A stretch of DNA of 64,000 bases. Origin: a virus (taxonomy: Duplodnaviria; Heunggongvirae; Uroviricota; Caudoviricetes). The DNA lies in IMG/VR virus record IMGVR_UViG_3300009095_001812, positions 56,990 to 120,989 of that record. One strand, written 5' to 3'. The translations under genes were made by a program, and so were the position numbers. The notes under the pieces were generated by a model. That model saw only the letters and a program-made list of their open reading frames with translations. It did not search any database and was not told where the DNA came from. Below are positions 55,942 through 62,683 of this stretch, piece by piece (within the stretch, counting starts at the first letter, position 1; each line of letters starts with the position of its first letter).

Positions 55942-58140
55942 ATGTCAGATATAGAAAAAGCTAATTATGAAGCTAAGCAAGCAAGAAATAACGAATCAGC
56001 AGAGCAGCTTTTGGGATTGTACTTCCCAGTGCTTGACCACGGGTTTGTATCCCTTGTTGATTTTATGGGATCAGATGCTGGAATCGCACAAGCAGCTCGT
56101 TGTTCTTATGGTGCAGGAACTCGGGCTGTTAATGACGATAGGGCTCTTATCCGTTATCTCATTCGTCACAAGCATACCTCCCCATTGGAACAAGTGGAAC
56201 TCAAGTTCCATTGTGTTTCTGGCGATACTCGGATATCAACAAATTTAGGAGTTATTAAAATTGAAGATGCTATTAATGCTTCATACGCTCATAACACTGT
56301 AGATGTATCAGAGTGTGGGGTTATAAAATCTGGAAAGAAAAAGCTTTATAAGCTAAATCTTGACCGTGGTTTTTCTATTAAAATAACATCAGATCATAAA
56401 CTTAGGGTTCTAGATAATACTGCGTCTCTTGTTTGGAAATCTCTTGAAGAAATTTTGGATGATGATTATCTTTTATTATCATCTAAAGATACGTTTTTTT
56501 GTGAGGCTGACCATATTTTTAATAATTTTCACTACGATAAAAAAACGCACAAATCAAGAGTTATAAAATTTCCTAAAATATTAACCAAAGAACTCGCTGA
56601 ACTAGTGGGATATTATATGGGTGATGGTTCTTGCTCTAATGAAACATTGGAATTTCCAGTTTCAGATAAGTACCCACAAATTGTTACTAAAATTTCTAAT
56701 ATGATTAAGCAAGTTTTTGACGTAGAACCTTCTCAAAATTCATCTGATGGAATGATAAAGATTCGTCTTAACTCAGTTGAAGCGGTTGCTTGGTGGAGAG
56801 CTAATGGCCTGTCTAAAACAGAGGCTAGAGACGCTTTCATTCCAGAGTGTTTTTGGTCTTCTAAAAAAGAAATGGCGTTTGCTTTCTTTGCTGGTTTATT
56901 TGGGGCGGATGGTAGTGTTTCTGAAACTAATGGTGTTAGTTTAACAACTACATCAAAGAGATTGGCTGAAGAAACTCAAACGCTTATGGCTTTTCTTGGT
57001 ATTCCAATGACAAAGCTATATAGACCAGATAACTATATACTTTATACATTTACAAATAATGGCTTACAAAGATATCGTAAATATATAGGATTTACTTGTC
57101 AGTTAAAACAGGAGAAGCTTTCAAAGCTTGAATTGTTATTTTCTCGTACTGAAGCCATTCCACATGCTAAAGCTATAATTGAAAAATATGGGTTAAATCG
57201 TAATGAGCTGCATTCTCAATATTATTCGGGTTGTAATCTTCCTCGTAAACATTGCCCGGATGATTTGGATGAAAACATTTATTTATCAATTCAAAGTATA
57301 GAACCCTTGGGGGAAGAAGATGTTTGGGATATTTCAGTTCCAAAAACAGAAATGTTTCAGGCTAATGGTATAATTGTTCATAATTGCAAGATGCCAATCT
57401 TTGTTGCTCGTCAGTGGGTTCGGCATCGCACAGCTTCTTTGAATGAAATGTCTGGAAGGTATTCTGTAATGCCTCTTCAGTTCTATACTCCTAAGATGGA
57501 GAATTTTTCTTATCAATCAAAAGATAATAAACAAGGGCGCTCTGCTCAAACAGAAGCGAACTCTTATAATTCAGCAGTTACAAGATTTAATAACACTCGT
57601 GAACATATCAAAGATAATTATGAATGGTTATTAAAAGAAGATGTAGCGCGCGAACTGGCACGTATTGATCTTCCTCTCTCAACATACACAGAGTGGTATT
57701 GGAAGATTGATCTACACAACCTCATGCATTTCTTAAGATTGCGTTGTGATTCTCATGCACAGTATGAGATTCGTGTCTTTGCAGATATCATGGCTGGGAT
57801 GGTCAAGATGGTCACGCCTGCTGCGTACGAGGCTTGGTTGGACTACTCAATTGGATCTGAAAACTTCTCATTTCAAGAAATGCAGGCTCTTTACTCTACA
57901 ATGCAAAGCATGGCAAGTAGTGGAAGTATCTCTTGCATTGAAGAAGAATTTATGTTCAATTCAGATGAACATAAAAAAGAATGGGGTCAGAAGTTTGGGA
58001 TGACATTAAGAGAGACTAATGAATTCATTGATAAAATTTCTCAAAAGAAAACGCTTCCAAGCTTCAACCTGGACCTTTCAGTTGCGAAGACGCCCGAGTA
58101 TTTTCGACAAGAGGCGGAAAAATATGTACCGAGCGTTTGA
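55942..58140 (+). CDS. thyX: Flavin-dependent thymidylate synthase containing an intein
   Basis: LDHGFVSLVD.MG.D..I..AAR.SY, HTSPLEQ, RQWVRHR...NEMSGRY, ELAR..LP and LRLR...HAQYEIR motifs. Confidence 0.93.
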   Translation: MSDIEKANYEAKQARNNESAEQLLGLYFPVLDHGFVSLVDFMGSDAGIAQAARCSYGAGTRAVNDDRALIRYLIRHKHTSPLEQVELKFHCVSGDTRISTNLGVIKIEDAINASYAHNTVDVSECGVIKSGKKKLYKLNLDRGFSIKITSDHKLRVLDNTASLVWKSLEEILDDDYLLLSSKDTFFCEADHIFNNFHYDKKTHKSRVIKFPKILTKELAELVGYYMGDGSCSNETLEFPVSDKYPQIVTKISNMIKQVFDVEPSQNSSDGMIKIRLNSVEAVAWWRANGLSKTEARDAFIPECFWSSKKEMAFAFFAGLFGADGSVSETNGVSLTTTSKRLAEETQTLMAFLGIPMTKLYRPDNYILYTFTNNGLQRYRKYIGFTCQLKQEKLSKLELLFSRTEAIPHAKAIIEKYGLNRNELHSQYYSGCNLPRKHCPDDLDENIYLSIQSIEPLGEEDVWDISVPKTEMFQANGIIVHNCKMPIFVARQWVRHRTASLNEMSGRYSVMPLQFYTPKMENFSYQSKDNKQGRSAQTEANSYNSAVTRFNNTREHIKDNYEWLLKEDVARELARIDLPLSTYTEWYWKIDLHNLMHFLRLRCDSHAQYEIRVFADIMAGMVKMVTPAAYEAWLDYSIGSENFSFQEMQALYSTMQSMASSGSISCIEEEFMFNSDEHKKEWGQKFGMTLRETNEFIDKISQKKTLPSFNLDLSVAKTPEYFRQEAEKYVPSV
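56212..57384 (+). mobile_element. ThyX intein with LAGLIDADG endonuclease (391 aa)
   Basis: LKFH/CVSGDT ... ANGIIVHN/CKMP junctions; GYYMGDG and AGLFGADG blocks. Confidence 0.92.
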
Positions 58141-58300
58141 CAGCCAGTAAACTTTTTGTTACGATACCGAAACATTTGTGGTCGAGAGCTACGAATACTT
58201 CGGTATATGTGACATGGATGTTAGATTGTTGTTTCCAACATATGTGGGCAAACAAACAAAAGGCATCGGACAAGAGTCCGATGCCTTTTTGTCTTTTGAG

Positions 58301-59806
58301 TCAGAGAAGCGTTCTAGCAATTTGCAGAGCGCTTTCCCGGCTGAGAAGAGGGTCATCAAGTAACGCTTCGTCAATAGTGTTCATGATTTGACCCATAATT
58401 GGTCCCGGTTTGATTCCAAGACCTATAAGGTCGTGACCATTAATTGGTCTTGGAATTGTTGTAACAACTTTTCCCCCATCTCTTGGAAGCGCTTCCATAA
58501 TCTTCAAGCGTAAATCTTCATACTTTTGAACTTCAGACTTACTCTCTTCTTTATTGAAGTATTTCTTTCCAAGAGAATCAGCGATGGCAACATCTATTGA
58601 ATGATTCCAATCTTCGAAACCTCTCACGAATTTACGAAAAGCTCTAGAAGAACTTTGTTCTATGAAGATGTGAGGTCGAAGATGAACTTCGATCAGTTTA
58701 CAAACTCTTTTGACAATATTAAGTGGAGCGTGCAGTCGAGTAAGAACAACCTCAGTGATTTGCGCTGAAGTTTCTTCATGTCCGTGGTAGTTTGTGTGAC
58801 CTTTCGCAGACTTACCCTGAATCCCAACATAACGCTTGCCAATGTCATGTAGAAGCGCTACAAGGTTGCGCACAAGATATGTCTCATGGTCTTGGCGAAC
58901 GTCATCAGACGTTCTGTTCACCAAGTGTGAAAATACCAAGAGCGTGTGATTCCATATATCGAATGCGTGGTGCGGGTTGTCTTGATCCGTTTCCCACGGA
59001 ACCATTCTTTCGGAAAGTCCGAGAGCTTTCATCTCCTCTTCAGATGGATCGAAAATAGCCTCCATCAAACCTAGCTCTTTCAATAGAAAAACAGCTAAAG
59101 ATGGGTTAGGGCCAGTGAGCGCCCCGGGTTTCCATTTATCGCCTTCTTTCTTTCCAGCAAGTTCAGCCCAGATTCTCTCACTTGAGATTTTCGTTCTGAA
59201 AGCTTCTTGCACATCAGGGCGTTGAGCAGCTGAAATTAAGTCCAGATCAATTGCCAGACCAAACCTCGCTGCAAACCTTACGGTGCGCAGAATCCGCAAA
59301 GGATCATCGAGAAAGGTTTGAACAGGATCTGTTGGTGTTCGAGCGATCCTATTTTCCAGATCCTCGATACCTCCGACATAGTCTTCAATTTCTCCGGTAT
59401 TGATATTCCAAAAGAGTGAATTCAATGTCAAATCCCTGCGCATGGCGTCTTCTTCGGGTGTGCCCATTTGCATTTCTGGAATTCTAGAATCTGAATACGT
59501 TTCAGTTCTTAGGTTTACGAAGTCGATGGAAAGACCATGAAGTTCAATCATTGCAGTAGCAAGGTGTTTTGACTGATCGGGATTTGCCTTTACAATGGTA
59601 ACTCTTTTGGAATCAATCAATCGAGCAAATTGCTCACCTGTCATATTAGAGACGGTGATATCAATATCATTAGATTCTTTACCAAGGAGTTTATCTCGTA
59701 CAAACCCACCTGCAACTCGAAGAACTGTTTCAGGAGTCTTGGCGCTCACCACCTGCATGAGGTCAGCAAAGATTTTTGCTTCAGTTTTCGTTAGTGTAAT
59801 TTTCAT
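58301..59806 (-). CDS. cca: Class II tRNA nucleotidyltransferase (CCA-adding enzyme) with HD domain
   Basis: RVAGGFVRDKLLG..SNDID, EDAMRRDLT.N and DDPLRILR..RF motifs; H...LLHDIGK HD domain. Confidence 0.9.
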   Translation of the reverse strand: MKITLTKTEAKIFADLMQVVSAKTPETVLRVAGGFVRDKLLGKESNDIDITVSNMTGEQFARLIDSKRVTIVKANPDQSKHLATAMIELHGLSIDFVNLRTETYSDSRIPEMQMGTPEEDAMRRDLTLNSLFWNINTGEIEDYVGGIEDLENRIARTPTDPVQTFLDDPLRILRTVRFAARFGLAIDLDLISAAQRPDVQEAFRTKISSERIWAELAGKKEGDKWKPGALTGPNPSLAVFLLKELGLMEAIFDPSEEEMKALGLSERMVPWETDQDNPHHAFDIWNHTLLVFSHLVNRTSDDVRQDHETYLVRNLVALLHDIGKRYVGIQGKSAKGHTNYHGHEETSAQITEVVLTRLHAPLNIVKRVCKLIEVHLRPHIFIEQSSSRAFRKFVRGFEDWNHSIDVAIADSLGKKYFNKEESKSEVQKYEDLRLKIMEALPRDGGKVVTTIPRPINGHDLIGLGIKPGPIMGQIMNTIDEALLDDPLLSRESALQIARTLL

Positions 59807-59866
59807 ATGCTTTCCTCAGCAAATAAAGATATGTAGCGGTATATATCAGAAGAAGGAAACGATATT

Positions 59867-60133
59867 ATGACAGAAGAAGAAAATAAAGTCAAGACTCCAG
59901 AGAAACCAAAAGTCAAGAAGAGGTATATCCTTGATGTTGAAGGGGTTGCGCCAGTTCAGCTTCAGCTGGAAACATGGGCTTATGATGAAGAAGAAGCTTT
60001 GGAGCAACTCAATAATCCGAGGTTGCTCAATTTGCGCCAACGCCCAGATATTGATCTTCCAAGACTTCGCAGACAAAAGGTAATAGTAAAAGACGCAACT
60101 ACTTCTTTGGTAAAGATAGTCAAGAATTTTTAG
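59867..60133 (+). CDS. Hypothetical protein
   Basis: AAGGA RBS; divergent from cca. Confidence 0.6.
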   Translation: MTEEENKVKTPEKPKVKKRYILDVEGVAPVQLQLETWAYDEEEALEQLNNPRLLNLRQRPDIDLPRLRRQKVIVKDATTSLVKIVKNF

Positions 60134-60146
60134 GGGTTCTGAAAAA

Positions 60147-60176
60147 ATGTACACATACCTCGATATCGAGGTATGA
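60147..60176 (+). pseudogene. Orphan N-terminal stump of DEDDh exonuclease (MYTYLDIE-V*)
   Basis: Matches the ExoI motif FYILDVET of the gene at 61035; its stop overlaps the endonuclease ATG (ATGA). Confidence 0.7.
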
Positions 60177-61057
60177 CAATGTTAGTACAGATTCCAACAA
60201 GTTGTGAGAAAAAAGTCTTAATAGAATGTGATTTTAAAATATCATCTAAATGTAAATTACAATATACAAAAGTATATAAAAATGTTTTAAAGGGTAGAGA
60301 AAACAATAATGGAAAAGATCGTTGTTGTTATTGTTTTAACACAATTACAAAACGGGGAGAAAATAATTTTAATTTCAAATATTTAAAAAATGAATCATTT
60401 TTTAAAGATATTGATTCTGAGTTGAAAGCATATTTATTAGGGTGGGTTGCTGGTGATGGGAGTCTCAAAAAACGCAGTTTACAATTATCAGTGCATAAAA
60501 AAGATAAAGAGATTATATATTTGTTTCAGCGCTCAATTACTCCAGATGGTCCGATATATGAGCGCGATTATGATAATACTATAAATATAATAATCAACTC
60601 AATTGTTTTAGTTAATGATTTATGTAAACAATTAAATGTGAGAATTGGTAAAAAATCAGATAAAATTTCACTACCAAATTTATCTGATGAATTACTAATA
60701 CACTTTATAAGAGGTCTTATAGATAGTGATGGTCATATAGGTAAAATAAATACATCTATAAGAAGACCTCCAAATTGTAGTTATTGCTCAACATCATCAT
60801 TAATTAAAGATCAAATTATTGAGTTTTGCAAATCAAAAAATATAAAATATTATCAAAGTAAATTTTCTTTACATTGGCAAGGGGCTTATGCTTTGGTTTT
60901 CATGAAAATGATTTATGAAAATGCAAACTTCTTCTTAAAAAGAAAATATGATCTTTATTTAGAGTGGTCTACTTGGGTTCCATATCGAGGAACGTTAAAT
61001 TTTCCTCCTTCTTATAAGAAGAAAAAGGAAAATAATGATAAAATTTTATATTCTTGA
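60173..61057 (+). CDS. Free-standing LAGLIDADG homing endonuclease with N-terminal Zn finger
   Basis: AYLLGWVAGDG and HFIRGLIDSDG motifs. Confidence 0.9.
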   Translation: MTMLVQIPTSCEKKVLIECDFKISSKCKLQYTKVYKNVLKGRENNNGKDRCCYCFNTITKRGENNFNFKYLKNESFFKDIDSELKAYLLGWVAGDGSLKKRSLQLSVHKKDKEIIYLFQRSITPDGPIYERDYDNTINIIINSIVLVNDLCKQLNVRIGKKSDKISLPNLSDELLIHFIRGLIDSDGHIGKINTSIRRPPNCSYCSTSSLIKDQIIEFCKSKNIKYYQSKFSLHWQGAYALVFMKMIYENANFFLKRKYDLYLEWSTWVPYRGTLNFPPSYKKKKENNDKILYS

Positions 61058-61712
61058 TGTAGAAACTGTTGGCTTATCTGTTGACGTACATGAAATCAAT
61101 CAACTCTCAGTCCGTAGGGTTGAAGATGGGGAACAGATTAATTTACAGATCAAAGTAAAAAAACCTCATATCTTCAATCCTCAAGCTTTGGAGATTCAGG
61201 GGATTACTCCAGCCGATCTAAGACAGGGAATCTCAATTGAAGAAGCTGTTGAGTCTGTAGATATTTTTCTAAAAGAAGACGGTAAGACTAAGGGTCATAG
61301 ATGTATTGTGGCTCACAACGCACCTTTTGATAGAAAATTTGTTCATAGAGCTTGGGATAATATAAATAAAGAATTTCTAGCTGATTTGTGGATGTGTACA
61401 CAGTCATTTGGAAAACGATATGTTAAAAAACACGGTGGTGAGAAGATTGCCAAAGCGCAACTTGCTGCCGGTATAGATATCAAGAAAGACAAGTCTGGAA
61501 AGCTCAAGCCTAAATTTGGTTTGAACAACCTCATGATTGGGGTGGGTCTTCAACCAAAGCTGGGCGCTCACCAAGCTTCTGTTGACGTGGAGAATACACA
61601 ATATCTGTATGATTGGTTGATGAAATCAAACACAGAACACGTATCTCTTATTGAAAGAATTCCACACAAGCAGTTAAAAACAGTCGAGCTGGACGTAAAT
61701 GATGCTTGGTGA
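61035..61712 (+). CDS. DEDDh 3'-5' exonuclease
   Basis: LDVETVG, AHNAPFD, W.CT and AHQASVD motifs. Confidence 0.88.
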   Translation: MIKFYILDVETVGLSVDVHEINQLSVRRVEDGEQINLQIKVKKPHIFNPQALEIQGITPADLRQGISIEEAVESVDIFLKEDGKTKGHRCIVAHNAPFDRKFVHRAWDNINKEFLADLWMCTQSFGKRYVKKHGGEKIAKAQLAAGIDIKKDKSGKLKPKFGLNNLMIGVGLQPKLGAHQASVDVENTQYLYDWLMKSNTEHVSLIERIPHKQLKTVELDVNDAW

Positions 61713-61715
61713 TGT

Positions 61716-61952
61716 ATGTCTTTGGTTGACAAATGGCAATCTCAAATTGATTTGCATCAATTTGAGATTAATAAGATAAAAATAAAAATATCTGAGGTTC
61801 AGAAGTCCTGTACTCATCCAGAGGAATATAAAATACGCACGGGTGGCGGAGCTAATACTGGCAATTATGATCCTTCCAGTGATTGTTATTGGTCAAATTA
61901 TCATTGTGAATTATGCAATAAGAAATGGACTGAATATTATGATGCAAAATAA
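61716..61952 (+). CDS. Hypothetical small Cys/His protein
   Basis: CTHP...C..C..C; tiled ORF. Confidence 0.5.
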   Translation: MSLVDKWQSQIDLHQFEINKIKIKISEVQKSCTHPEEYKIRTGGGANTGNYDPSSDCYWSNYHCELCNKKWTEYYDAK

Positions 61953-62061
61953 TTAGAGGTCGAGAAATTTTTTTAATTACACTACGCATATAAGAACATA
62001 AAATATTCTTTGTTGCACTTGAAAGGTATCCATCAACCTACGAATGATGCGATGAGGTAAG

Positions 62062-62217
62062 ATGAACTCTATATATTTAGATCAACTATTACAAGAGGCC
62101 GCGCAGGCCCTTGAATCAGAAGAAGATCTCAAGAGAAAGCTCCGAAACAAATTGAAAGCTGAGCGCCAGTCTCAAAGACCTCGTGGTAGGGGTCGTAAAA
62201 AGAAAGCTCTTAAATAA
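62062..62217 (+). CDS. Small basic hypothetical protein (51 aa)
   Basis: GAGGT RBS; MNSIYLDQLLQEAAQALE...RGRGRKKKALK; stop overlaps the next ATG. Confidence 0.6.
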   Translation: MNSIYLDQLLQEAAQALESEEDLKRKLRNKLKAERQSQRPRGRGRKKKALK

Positions 62218-62642
62218 TGTCAGAAAATAAATCCGAGATAATTCCGCCGGGTTTTATTTATACGCTTTCCGAACCTGAGAGTTTTGGGCGAATGCCAATT
62301 CGTACAGAATTAACCGTACTTCCGGCAGATGATCCTAATAATCTTAAATTAGGTTTTGGAATTCAGTGTTATTCCGGTATTGAAATCCATCCTGTTATAA
62401 ATGGAGATGTTCAAAAAGAAAGTATCAAAGATGAAAATGGCCTTTATGATGGAATGAATGTTGAAGCCTGGGGTGTTGTTTGGACTGTAAGGTTTGATAA
62501 AGATGGTTCACCTTATTTGGACTCATTAAAAACATCTGGGTTTTTAGAGTTCAATATAGACGATAGAGAGTGTTGGGTATGTGGTGGTTTGATTAACAAA
62601 CGATGCTATATGAAACCAAAGAAGATTTCGATTGTTAAATAA
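62217..62642 (+). CDS. Hypothetical protein
   Basis: Tiled ORF. Confidence 0.55.
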   Translation: MSENKSEIIPPGFIYTLSEPESFGRMPIRTELTVLPADDPNNLKLGFGIQCYSGIEIHPVINGDVQKESIKDENGLYDGMNVEAWGVVWTVRFDKDGSPYLDSLKTSGFLEFNIDDRECWVCGGLINKRCYMKPKKISIVK

Positions 62643-62683
62643 CAATCATTTTCGCACCTATAAGTGCGCGTAAGGAGAATAAT

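Noticed and set aside
58137-58391. Short ORFs between thyX and cca (58137-58391, 58178-58363, 58189-58374)
   Set aside because: They overlap each other and the cca 3' end, with no RBS or recognisable motif. The 58178 ORF cannot be fully excluded.
61953-62061. Candidate Y RNA or other ncRNA upstream of the TROVE gene
   Set aside because: No terminal stem, Ro-binding helix or T-arm-like motif is visible. It looks like an AT-rich promoter spacer.
62653-62668. Hairpin CGCAC-CTATAA-GTGCG before the TROVE RBS
   Set aside because: Only a 5-bp stem with no U tract, so it is too weak to call a terminator or operator.
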